A stretch of 64,000 nucleotides of DNA, from positions 14,679-78,678 of the forward strand of contig CAZWFL010000009.1 in assembly GCA_964633195.1 (NCBI GenBank), read 5' to 3'. A model generated the notes under the pieces. That model saw nothing but the letters and a program-made list of their open reading frames with translations, searched no databases and was not told the origin of the DNA. Source of the DNA: an uncultured Rikenellaceae bacterium. GTDB lineage: Bacteria; Bacteroidota; Bacteroidia; Bacteroidales; VadinHA17. Shown piece after piece: positions 18,702 to 27,799 of the stretch. The position numbers and the translations under genes are program-made. Each line of letters starts with the position of its first letter. Within the stretch, counting starts at the first letter, position 1.

Positions 18702-21700
18702 ATGAAAGAGAAACTTGCAAAGGAGGCGCATGTCTCGGAGCGCCTCATGAAAATGCTTTCAGGGCTTATGATCGCAATCTTTCTGATTGTGAGCGGAGCC
18801 ATGAATGTCTCAGGTGCTTCAGGTACGGATCAGCAACAGGTTACCGTATCAGGTATGGTGACCGATGCATCAACAGGTGATCCGATGCCCGGAGTCAACG
18901 TTATTATTAAGGGAACCACACTGGGAGCTCTTACACTGGGTGACGGGAGATATACACTTACTGTCCCCGACCGCGATGCCACACTCGTGTTTTCGTTCAT
19001 CGGGTACGATACCAGGGAGGAGCTTATTGCCGGAAGGACGACAATTAATGTCACTCTCACTTCCACCACAACCGCCCTCGACGAGGTGATTGTTACAGGT
19101 TACGGAACACAGAAAAAAAGCGACCTTACCGGATCTGTTGTAAGGGTGACAATGGATCAGAAGGCAACCCTGGCAAACGTCAACCTTTCCCAGGCTCTGT
19201 CGGGAGCATCTGCCGGAGTTAATGTACAGGCATCCGGTCTTGCGGGAAGCGAACCGAGCCTTGCAATCCGTGGCCGTACCTCATTGTCGGCAAGCGACAG
19301 GCCGCTCATAGTCCTCGATGGTATAATCTACAATGGTGCAATAGCTGACATCAACATTAATGATGTGGAATCGATAGATATCCTGAAAGATGCCAGCGCA
19401 GCAGCAGTTTATGGTTCAAGATCTGCCAACGGGGTTATGATTATCACCACTAAAAAAGGACAATCGGAAAAGCCGGTGATATCATTCAACATGTATTACG
19501 GATATCAGGATATGACCAACAACCCGATGAGGGTTATGAATGCCGAGGAGTATGCCATCAGGCTGACAGATTATTACTATCAGCAGGATCTGTATACATG
19601 GTACAAAACAATGCCGACCAGCGATGCCGGAAAACCTGTAAGGCCGGATGTTACAAACCGTGAGGTTGTTGCCGCCAGGCTGAGGTCTCAGGAAGAAAGA
19701 GATAATTATATTGCCGGTAATGAGATCGACTGGGTAAAGGAAGTTCTGCAGATAGCACCTATACAGAACTATAACCTTAACGTCTCCGGCAGATCCGCAA
19801 GATCGAGTTACTATTTCTCAGGATCATACACAGACGAGGAAGGAATTCAGCTTAATGACCAGTTCAGCAGGATAACCCTTCACACCAATCTCGAAAGTAA
19901 AGTGACCGACTGGCTCACCGTGGGTTTAATCTCTTCCTATTCATTCAGGGACTATTCGGGTATTGAAGCCAGTCTTGGAAATGCAAGGTCGTGCAGCCCG
20001 CTGGCAGATAACAAGATAGGCCAGCCCGATTACGACATGTATCTAACAGGCGAGGTCTATATGACATACCCTCTTGTTTATTTGTTTATTAATAATAAGG
20101 ATATCAGGAATAACCTGTTCCTTGTCGGTAATGCAAAGATCACTGTTCCGTGGATACAGGGACTCACTTATGAATTCAACTACTCTAACACCTATTCAAA
20201 CAGGAACAATTTCACCTTCTACCCTGTTACAACACCCGGCGGGGTAACCAACAAGGGTCAGGCTGTGAAAAATCCCTCGGAGGAGCGGAACTGGATATAT
20301 AACAACATTGTAACCTATCTGCGTAGTTTCGGCGATCACCAGATAAATGCAACACTTCTTTACAGCCGCGAGAGCCGTAATGCACAGAGCTCAACGCTTA
20401 CGGCGACAGGTTTTGAAAACGAGGTGCTGGGTTATAATAATATGGGTCTTGGTACACTTAGTACCGTTTCTTCATCAGCATGGGAAGAGAACAGCCTTTC
20501 ATACATGGCCCGCGCCAATTATTCTTTCAAGAGCCGCTATCTGCTCACAGCAACTGTACGCCGCGATGGCTTTTCGGGATTTGGCGCCACCAATAAGTTC
20601 GCAACCTTCCCTTCTGTATCAGTCGGATGGGTCGCATCTGAAGAGTCATTCCTGAGAGATGTGAGATGGCTATACCTGAAGCTGAGAACCTCATACGGGA
20701 AGAATGGCAACCAGGGGATAGGACGTTATTCAAGCTTCTCGCGAATGACTGCCGAGCCGTATGTTTACGGACCTGCTACCTTTATCGGTGTTTATCCCAG
20801 CACACTGGGAAATGCCAGCCTTAGCTGGGAAGCAACGTCATCATTCAACGTCGGGATAGACTTTGGACTGTTCAACAGGAGAATATCAGGATCATTGGAT
20901 CTTTACAAGGCCACTACCACCGATGTGCTTGTAAGCCGTGCACTTCCTCCCACAAGCGGGTATGCAAGCGTCTGGACAAACATAGGTGCGATTGAAAACA
21001 AAGGATTTGAGCTGGAACTGAGATCGGTCAATCTTACCGGTCAGCTTGGCTGGCAGACAGACTTCATCTTCTCTCTCAACAGGGATAAGATCACAAAGCT
21101 TTATGGTGACGAGAACGACAGGGACATCGGAAACTCATGGTTTGTAGGAGAACCAATCAGTGCCATCTACGATTATGAGATGGCCGGAGGGCTCTGGACT
21201 GAAGCCGAACTGTATGCAGGACAGACATATAATAACTGGTACCCCGGTCAGTATAAATATGTTGACCAGAATGGTGACGGTGTTATAGAACCGACAAACG
21301 ACAGGAAGATAATCGGATACACAACGCCGAGCCACAGGTTCAGTATTAATAACAGTTTTGACTACAGGAATTTCACCTTCTCCTTCTTTTTTAATGCCGT
21401 TCAGGGTGGCAAGAAGTATTACCTGGCAAACAATGCATCGGTTGTCAACGTCGATTGGCGTTCCGATAACGTTCTCAGGATAAATGCTTCTGCAGTCCGT
21501 CCTTACTGGAGGCCCGACAATGGGGTTGATAATGCGACAGGAGTTTATAACTCACCGGCTGTGTCGAGCGGTATTTACGAAAGCAGGAGTTTTGTCAGGC
21601 TGCAGGATGTATCTCTTACATACCGGCTTGGTCCGGCAGTTCTCAACTTACTGAATGTGGAGGCTGCGCAGTTCTATGTTGCCAGCAAGAACCCATATGT

Positions 21701-21794
21701 ATGGACCAAGTGGTCAGGCTGGGATCCTGAAACAGGCACCAGCAACAGCCCCTTGATGAGAAACATAACCGCAGGTTTCAGACTTACGTTCTAA
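18702..21794 (+). CDS. SusC/RagA-family TonB-dependent outer-membrane transporter
   Basis: 1030 aa. CarboxypepD_reg-like VTVSGMVTDASTGDPMPGVNVIIKGT. TonB-box region DEVIVTGYGTQKKSDLTGSV. Plug IDILKDASAAAVYGSRSANGVMIITTKKG. Terminal ...AGFRLTF. The start may instead be MKMLSG at 18747. Confidence 0.9.
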   Translation: MKEKLAKEAHVSERLMKMLSGLMIAIFLIVSGAMNVSGASGTDQQQVTVSGMVTDASTGDPMPGVNVIIKGTTLGALTLGDGRYTLTVPDRDATLVFSFIGYDTREELIAGRTTINVTLTSTTTALDEVIVTGYGTQKKSDLTGSVVRVTMDQKATLANVNLSQALSGASAGVNVQASGLAGSEPSLAIRGRTSLSASDRPLIVLDGIIYNGAIADININDVESIDILKDASAAAVYGSRSANGVMIITTKKGQSEKPVISFNMYYGYQDMTNNPMRVMNAEEYAIRLTDYYYQQDLYTWYKTMPTSDAGKPVRPDVTNREVVAARLRSQEERDNYIAGNEIDWVKEVLQIAPIQNYNLNVSGRSARSSYYFSGSYTDEEGIQLNDQFSRITLHTNLESKVTDWLTVGLISSYSFRDYSGIEASLGNARSCSPLADNKIGQPDYDMYLTGEVYMTYPLVYLFINNKDIRNNLFLVGNAKITVPWIQGLTYEFNYSNTYSNRNNFTFYPVTTPGGVTNKGQAVKNPSEERNWIYNNIVTYLRSFGDHQINATLLYSRESRNAQSSTLTATGFENEVLGYNNMGLGTLSTVSSSAWEENSLSYMARANYSFKSRYLLTATVRRDGFSGFGATNKFATFPSVSVGWVASEESFLRDVRWLYLKLRTSYGKNGNQGIGRYSSFSRMTAEPYVYGPATFIGVYPSTLGNASLSWEATSSFNVGIDFGLFNRRISGSLDLYKATTTDVLVSRALPPTSGYASVWTNIGAIENKGFELELRSVNLTGQLGWQTDFIFSLNRDKITKLYGDENDRDIGNSWFVGEPISAIYDYEMAGGLWTEAELYAGQTYNNWYPGQYKYVDQNGDGVIEPTNDRKIIGYTTPSHRFSINNSFDYRNFTFSFFFNAVQGGKKYYLANNASVVNVDWRSDNVLRINASAVRPYWRPDNGVDNATGVYNSPAVSSGIYESRSFVRLQDVSLTYRLGPAVLNLLNVEAAQFYVASKNPYVWTKWSGWDPETGTSNSPLMRNITAGFRLTF

Positions 21795-21820
21795 AAGATC
21801 AGTCAGAGAAAGAAAAATGA

Positions 21821-23569
21821 ATGATTATGAAACCAGAAAAATTATATAAGATGAAAAAATATTTCGATATTCTCAGCAAAAAGAGTCTGTTAATAGCGGG
21901 TACTCTGCTGCTAATGTTTTCTTCGTGCGACGAAAGTGTCCTCGATGAGGTGCCTCTTGACTTCCTTGCCCCGGAGAACGCCTATACTACTGTGGCGGGT
22001 GTAAGGCAGGGTATCACCGGACTGCACTATACATTCCGCAATTACTGGTTCTGGGGCGATCAGGACCAGGGTAGCATGTGGAGGGGTGTCGGGACCGATG
22101 TGGCATTTCACGGTGAGGACCCGAACAGCACAAGATTCCTTTGCAACTATGTTAACTACCTTATCCCGGCCTCCAACTATGTCCTGCAATACTGGACCAG
22201 GAATTATGAACTGATCCAGAGGGCTAATGTGCTGGTTGACAGGATAGATAACTCTGATCCTGCAATGTGGGCCAGCGAAGCACAAAAAAATGCTTTCAAG
22301 GCTGAAGCCATGTTCTTCAGGGCTTATGCATACCGTATCCTGGTATCATATTTTGGCGATGTGCCCCTGGTAACAGAAGTTATCAATTCAGCCAAAACAG
22401 ATTTTGTCAGAGCGCCTAAAGCTGATGTATACAAGCAGATAGAGGATGATCTGATATATGCAGGCGCAAACCTTCCGGGCCGTCTGCAGGAGGAGGCTCC
22501 GGGAAGAATCACCAAAGCGGCGGCCCTTACGGTCCTCAGTGAGATTTATCTTGAGCAGGGTAAATACCAGCTGGCAGTTGATGCAGCAACTTCGGTAATA
22601 ACAGGGGCCGGATATGCACTCATGACAGACCGTTTCGGTGCCCAGATTGATGTTTTCGGAACAGCCGATGCTTACTATGACCTTTTCAGGTACGGAAACC
22701 AGAACCTTGCAGAAAATACCGAGAACATCTGGTCAGTCCAGTTTGAACCGCTTATTGAAGGAGGAGGCGCCTGGCAGGGTGAAAGAGGAATGGGCCCCGC
22801 TTATTTCAGATGGGGCAATACCCCTGATGGTGTAAAAGCATTCCGCGGCGAATTTGTTAATGGTGTATATACCGGGTATTCTGATACACTGGGACGTCCT
22901 GTTTCATGGGTGCGGCCTACCACATATGTAACACACCACATATGGGCAGACAACTGGGACACGGATATCCGTAACGCGAAGCATAGTATAAAAAGGGATT
23001 TCTATTATGACAATCCGGCATCGGTGTGGGACAAGCAGAAGCTTGAATTCAGCCAGTTTGCTGCAAATTATGCCGCAGGCACAAGGGATCCGGTCAGGGA
23101 TTCCTGCCAGTATATATTCCCCTATTTCATGAAGTTCGCAGATCCATGTAACCATTTTGACCGGGCCCACCAGTCGGGAGGAGGATACAGCCATAAGGAC
23201 GTTTACGTGATACGTCTGGCTGAGACCATACTTCTGCGGGCGGAAGCTTATCTGGGACTGGGACAGAAGGATCTGGCGGCTGCAGATATAAATCTTGTCA
23301 GGAACAGAGCCCAGGCAACACCGGTTGAGGAGGATGATGTCACAATTGAGTATATCCTCGATGAGAGAGCAAGGGAGCTGTACGGAGAGGAGTGGAGGCA
23401 CATTACCCTTCGAAGGGTCGGGTTGCTCGTTCAGAGAGTAAGAGCTCTGAATGATAACCCGAAGAACCCGGGACTAAATATACAGGATTATCATGTGCTC
23501 TGGCCTATTCCTCTGAGCCAGATCGATTTGAATATTGATGCTGTAATAACACAGAATCCGGAGTACTAG
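21821..23569 (+). CDS. SusD/RagB-family outer-membrane lipoprotein
   Basis: 582 aa, immediately downstream of the SusC gene. Lipobox MFSSCDE. TPR-like SusD blocks FFRAYAYRIL, LLRAEAYLGLG and ERARELYGEEWRH. Alternative start at 21851. Confidence 0.85.
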   Translation: MIMKPEKLYKMKKYFDILSKKSLLIAGTLLLMFSSCDESVLDEVPLDFLAPENAYTTVAGVRQGITGLHYTFRNYWFWGDQDQGSMWRGVGTDVAFHGEDPNSTRFLCNYVNYLIPASNYVLQYWTRNYELIQRANVLVDRIDNSDPAMWASEAQKNAFKAEAMFFRAYAYRILVSYFGDVPLVTEVINSAKTDFVRAPKADVYKQIEDDLIYAGANLPGRLQEEAPGRITKAAALTVLSEIYLEQGKYQLAVDAATSVITGAGYALMTDRFGAQIDVFGTADAYYDLFRYGNQNLAENTENIWSVQFEPLIEGGGAWQGERGMGPAYFRWGNTPDGVKAFRGEFVNGVYTGYSDTLGRPVSWVRPTTYVTHHIWADNWDTDIRNAKHSIKRDFYYDNPASVWDKQKLEFSQFAANYAAGTRDPVRDSCQYIFPYFMKFADPCNHFDRAHQSGGGYSHKDVYVIRLAETILLRAEAYLGLGQKDLAAADINLVRNRAQATPVEEDDVTIEYILDERARELYGEEWRHITLRRVGLLVQRVRALNDNPKNPGLNIQDYHVLWPIPLSQIDLNIDAVITQNPEY

Positions 23570-23598
23570 AAGGATTCTGAGGTAAAGAATTGTTTATT

Positions 23599-23790
23599 GA
23601 GGCTGTATTAAAAGGTACTTATAACCGCAAAGGCTGCAAAGCCCTCCTTCGTCCCGATAAATCCGGACTTCGGCGGGCAGGATTGACGCAAAGGACGCAA
23701 AGCTGGCAGACAAACTGCTAAATCTTTGCGTCCTTAGCGTTTATCCTGGCGTTCTTTGTGGTTTATGGTTTTAATCTTTTAATACAGCCT
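23599..23790. repeat. 192-bp palindromic intergenic element, same TIR family as 18288-18490
   Basis: gaggctgtattaaaag (23599-23614) versus cttttaatacagcct (23776-23790). The core shared with the first element is GAGGCTGTATYAAAAG. Interior nested stems include ggacgcaaag/ctttgcgtcc and the module gtcccgataaatccggac. Confidence 0.8.
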
Positions 23791-23797
23791 TAATATT

Positions 23798-25066
23798 TCA
23801 TATTTCAACCGGGCTGATCTTTGGGACCAGCAGGTGTATTATCAGCAGGGCGATGAGGTACCCGAAGCCTGCTATTGCGAAAGGGATTACATACCCGTCA
23901 ACACCTGTATTCTGCAGTATCTTTCCGACTCCGTATGTGGCTATCACTCCCCCGACGGCTCCTGAGAAACCTCCGAATCCGGCAACAGTAGCAGTGGCCT
24001 TTTTTGGAAAGATATCCGACATAAGGCTGAAAATATTTGCAGACCAGCCGCAATGGCCCCCGGCAGCAATGGCTATTAATCCGACTGCCAGCCATAAATT
24101 CTCCGTATGGGGAACCATTATAACCGGAATTGCAAAGAGTCCGCACGCAAGCATCCCAAGTTTCCGTCCTTTATTCAACCCAAAGCCCATTTTCAGGAAT
24201 TTTGACGAGAGCCATCCCAGGAAGATTCCCAGTGCCCATGAAACCAGGTAAATAGTAAAAAAAGGCACTCCTATGTCCTTCAGATTAACATCAAATTTAC
24301 TGTAAAGGAATTTGGCTCCCCAGAAAAGGTAGAACCACCAGATCGGATCGGCCATGAACTTAGCGATGGCAATTGCCCATGCTCCACGGTGCGGCAGGAT
24401 ATCTTTCCACCTTACTTTTTCCGTGATATTTTCCGTGCCACTGTCGCTGTTGATATATTCCAGTTCTGGAGGGGAGACTTTCTTGTGTTTTTCCGGCTGA
24501 CTGTAGTATCTGAGCCATATTACCATCCAGACCAGTGAGAGCGGAAAGGTCCACAGGAAACCGGCTTTCCAGCTGTCAACAGTAAGGACCAGGGCCGGTA
24601 TGATTAATGGAGAAAGAATGGTTCCCACATTTGTGCCTCCATTAAATATTCCCACTGCAAGAGCTCTCTCTTTCTTCGGGAACCACTCTGCAACCACTTT
24701 GATTGCAGCAGGAAAATTACCGGACTGACCGATTGCCAGGTTAAAACGGGCAATGGCAAATCCGACCCATGTGCGGGCCAGAGTGTGAGCCAGCGTGGCC
24801 AGGCTCCATATTCCTATTGCCAGAATATATCCTTTACGTGTTCCTATCCGGTCGATTATGGTTCCCATCAGAAGAAAACATACAGCGTATGCGATCATAA
24901 AGGCGCTGTTGATCATCCCGTATTGCTCCTCATTCCAGCCTATCTCATCCTGAAGGTACGGAGCAAGGATGCCGAGAGCTGACCGGTCGATGTAAAGAAT
25001 GGTTGTCGCAATGAAGATCAGGCCCAGGATTACCCAGCGAAAATTGGTCATATTTTTCCTATCCAT
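23798..25066 (-). CDS. MFS transporter, ACS/ExuT (hexuronate)-like
   Basis: 422 aa with 12 predicted helices. N-terminal WVILGLIFIATTILYIDRSALGILAP and DRIGTRKG loop motif. Overlaps the upstream gene by 8 nt, suggesting an operon. Confidence 0.8.
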   Translation of the reverse strand: MDRKNMTNFRWVILGLIFIATTILYIDRSALGILAPYLQDEIGWNEEQYGMINSAFMIAYAVCFLLMGTIIDRIGTRKGYILAIGIWSLATLAHTLARTWVGFAIARFNLAIGQSGNFPAAIKVVAEWFPKKERALAVGIFNGGTNVGTILSPLIIPALVLTVDSWKAGFLWTFPLSLVWMVIWLRYYSQPEKHKKVSPPELEYINSDSGTENITEKVRWKDILPHRGAWAIAIAKFMADPIWWFYLFWGAKFLYSKFDVNLKDIGVPFFTIYLVSWALGIFLGWLSSKFLKMGFGLNKGRKLGMLACGLFAIPVIMVPHTENLWLAVGLIAIAAGGHCGWSANIFSLMSDIFPKKATATVAGFGGFSGAVGGVIATYGVGKILQNTGVDGYVIPFAIAGFGYLIALLIIHLLVPKISPVEI

Positions 25067-25904
25067 TCAAGCCTGCCATTACGCCACGAAAATACCCTAT
25101 CGATTCTGCTATTCCTGCAAGCGGATCGTTCATGTCCTTGCCATATTCAAGACTGCATGTGCCACTGTATTTTATATCGCGCAACATTCTGAAAAACTCC
25201 GGAAAGTCGATGATACCCCGTCCGGCCTCCACACACCACCCTGCCTTCTCCGGCTTGTCAACATCCCAGATATGAAAATCGTATATCCGGTCCCGGTATT
25301 TTAATGTGTCTTCAAAGGGGTCTTCGCCCAGTCTTACAGAGTGTGCAATGTCGAGACAAAATCCTATCCGGGGGTCAAGGTCTTTTATCTCCTTCCAGAC
25401 ATCGCCGGCACCCGGATAAAGCGGCAGGTCGGGACCGTGGTTATGTATAGCGAGCCGCATGTCATATTCCTTCACCTTTCTTTCGACATAAGGCAGAAGA
25501 GGAACATCGGGAACCCCTACCATCAGGCTGACACCAACCCTGCGGGCATAGGCAAAAGCCTGATCCACAGCCTCCCGGCTGCGCATATAGACAGGTCCGA
25601 CCCCATATGGCTCCACGCCGAATGATCTCATTTTTACGAGTGTCTGATCAATGACCTCCTGTGTGCTGTTGAGCGGCAGATGAAAATCCTTGACCCCAAG
25701 GTATTTCACCCCAACCCTTTTCATCATTTCCAGTGACTGGTTAAGAGGGATCTTTGCAAATGAATAGCCGGCTATTGCCAGGCTGGATGGCATATCGGCG
25801 CCGGCTGAAGCTGCCTGAAGCGGACTACTGTCAATAAACGGCAGACCGGCAGCAACAATCCCTGCCCCGGTCGTCCGGATAAAAGTGCGTCTGTTTAATA
25901 TCAT
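25059..25904 (-). CDS. Tat-signal xylose isomerase-like TIM-barrel protein
   Basis: 281 aa. MILNRRTFIRTTGAGIVAAGLPF. LAIHNHGPD and CLDIAHS metal-site motifs. Confidence 0.75.
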   Translation of the reverse strand: MILNRRTFIRTTGAGIVAAGLPFIDSSPLQAASAGADMPSSLAIAGYSFAKIPLNQSLEMMKRVGVKYLGVKDFHLPLNSTQEVIDQTLVKMRSFGVEPYGVGPVYMRSREAVDQAFAYARRVGVSLMVGVPDVPLLPYVERKVKEYDMRLAIHNHGPDLPLYPGAGDVWKEIKDLDPRIGFCLDIAHSVRLGEDPFEDTLKYRDRIYDFHIWDVDKPEKAGWCVEAGRGIIDFPEFFRMLRDIKYSGTCSLEYGKDMNDPLAGIAESIGYFRGVMAGLNG

Positions 25905-25962
25905 AGTATTGATTGTTAATATGTTATATTTTTCCCTTTGAATGAATAGCTCAAAGGTCAGT

Positions 25963-26083
25963 GCTCAGAGCTCAGAGCTCAGAGCTCAGGGCAAAAAGAA
26001 CTCTGTGGCCTGGTTCGTTTGCCCTGCCCTGTGCCCTGCGCACCGTGCCCAGCCGTCGTCCCGATAAATCGGGACTATGGCTG
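25963..26083. repeat. Composite spacer: (GCTCAGA) x4, GCCCTG-rich stem and GTCCCGATAAATCGGGAC hairpin
   Basis: Heptamers at 25963-25990. cagggcaaa pairs with tttgccctg. Nested hairpin cagcc...gtcccgataaatcgggac...ggctg at 26050-26083. The spacer lies between two co-oriented minus-strand genes. Confidence 0.8.
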
Positions 26084-26100
26084 ACAAAGCCTGTGCCCTG

Positions 26101-27423
26101 TTACCATTTAAAATACTTCTCCCGTACCGGTATATCCAGCATGGCCGAGGCTGCATTGTCACCAATGATCTCTTCTGTCTCCGGGTTCCATGTCAGTTTT
26201 GACCCTGTTTTAATGGCAATCAGTCCGAGCTGACACATAGATATTGTTCTGTGTGCAGTCTCGAGAGGTTCAATTGACTCTCTTCCTTCCCTGATTGCAG
26301 TAAGAAAGTCTTCCTTGTCCGTCAGCAGGTTGCTGTATGAAACCTCTCCTTTACCCGGTGGTGTATCGATCATTTCCTGAGAGCTTGCCGTGATTTTATC
26401 GGGGTACTCAACCTCAACCCAGCCTCCGGTTCCTTCAAATCTGACGTATGGGCGTTCTATTTTATAAAATACCTCCACGCCGTTTGCGAACAGGTACCTG
26501 ATATCAAACCTGTTAAGAGTATTCCAGAGGCCTTTGTCGAATTCTCCCTCTCCCTCAATACTCACAGGACCTGTATATTCTGTATTGTTGCCCCATTGGA
26601 CGATACCCATCAGGTGGGCTCCCCAGTTGGAAATCATGCCGTTGCAATAAGAGTCCACACGCATCCATCCGGGACGTCCGTATGCTTTGATGGCGTGTAC
26701 TCTCTTTTCCGTATAGGGTGCCTCCCATGCCGGCCCCAGCCACATATCGTAATTGAGTCCGGCAGGGACAGGCATTGTGGGTTCGGGTGAGAGAGCCGAC
26801 CCCGACAATTCAGCGGGTACTGCAACAAAAATCCTCCCGATCTTTCCTATTCTTCCGTTGCGTACAATCTCAATAGCCCTGCTGAAGGCAGGCAATGGCC
26901 TGAACTCGCTGTCGTTACGGGTAACGATCTTGTACTTTTTGACTGCTTCCACGAGTTTCTGCCCATGTACGATGCAGGTTGAAATTGGTTTTTCCAGCGA
27001 AACATGTTTCCCTGCACGGGCTGCCTCAACAGTCATTGGTACATGCCAGTGATCGGGAGTGGCGATCATCACCGCATCCACATCCTTCCTGAGAAGAACT
27101 TCCCGGAAATCGCCAAGGGCATCACACCCTTTGTAAACGGATCCTTTCTGTTCAGAGTAAAAATCATTTACCTGTTTTCTTCCGTTCTCAAGCCTCCATG
27201 CATCAACATCGCATACTGCAACAATCTGCGCATGATCCGACTTCAGGAATTGAGGTATGTTTGGATTAACAGTCTGCCTTCCGAGGCCAATAACCGCAAC
27301 ATTGATCCTGTTCGACGGAGCAGCTTTACCAGTTACATATGAAGGTATAATATAAGGCAGGGTAAATGCACCGGCTGTTCCCATTACAGTTTTCCTGATA
27401 AATGTTCGTCTGCTTTTATTCAT
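26101..27423 (-). CDS. Tat-signal Gfo/Idh/MocA-family oxidoreductase
   Basis: 440 aa. MNKSRRTFIRKTVMGTAGAFTLPY. Rossmann start INVAVIGLGRQ. Conserved EKP (VSLEKPIS). Confidence 0.8.
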   Translation of the reverse strand: MNKSRRTFIRKTVMGTAGAFTLPYIIPSYVTGKAAPSNRINVAVIGLGRQTVNPNIPQFLKSDHAQIVAVCDVDAWRLENGRKQVNDFYSEQKGSVYKGCDALGDFREVLLRKDVDAVMIATPDHWHVPMTVEAARAGKHVSLEKPISTCIVHGQKLVEAVKKYKIVTRNDSEFRPLPAFSRAIEIVRNGRIGKIGRIFVAVPAELSGSALSPEPTMPVPAGLNYDMWLGPAWEAPYTEKRVHAIKAYGRPGWMRVDSYCNGMISNWGAHLMGIVQWGNNTEYTGPVSIEGEGEFDKGLWNTLNRFDIRYLFANGVEVFYKIERPYVRFEGTGGWVEVEYPDKITASSQEMIDTPPGKGEVSYSNLLTDKEDFLTAIREGRESIEPLETAHRTISMCQLGLIAIKTGSKLTWNPETEEIIGDNAASAMLDIPVREKYFKW

Positions 27424-27477
27424 TTCTCTTTACGCTTAATTTATTTTATGATCCGATAAAGGTATATGAGTATCTGG

Positions 27478-27549
27478 AATCAATTATTCCCTTCTTCGCT
27501 TTCGCGTAGCTTCAGCGAAGCAAAGTAGGGTTAGGACAAATAATTGATT
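27478..27549. repeat. 72-bp hairpin element with AATCAATTATT / AATAATTGATT arms
   Basis: 11-bp perfect inverted arms at 27478-27488 and 27539-27549. They enclose a GTAGC-loop hairpin (cttcgctttcgcgtagcttcagcgaagcaaag). The arm sequence recurs at 33153-33196. Confidence 0.8.
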
Positions 27550-27799
27550 TTCACGCATTATATTATTTCTATTATTCATAACCGATATTAATCTAAAGAT
27601 AAATCAATTCGTTATTAAATATATGAGGTTTCATTTCTTTTTTGCGTCTGACAGAGTGATCCGGACTGAGTATTATAAATCGCTTTCCATTAATTGTTAA
27701 ATGTAGTTAAAGAGTTTGTAATCTCTTCGATTATACATACCTTTAGTAGATGTTATAATCTTATTCAATTCATTCACTATTGCCCTAAATCCCAAAGAT

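Noticed and set aside
25961-26233. A 90-aa plus-strand ORF spanning the GCTCAGA repeats.
   Set aside because: It translates repeat DNA and then runs antisense into the 3' end of the Gfo/Idh/MocA gene. No supporting features were seen.
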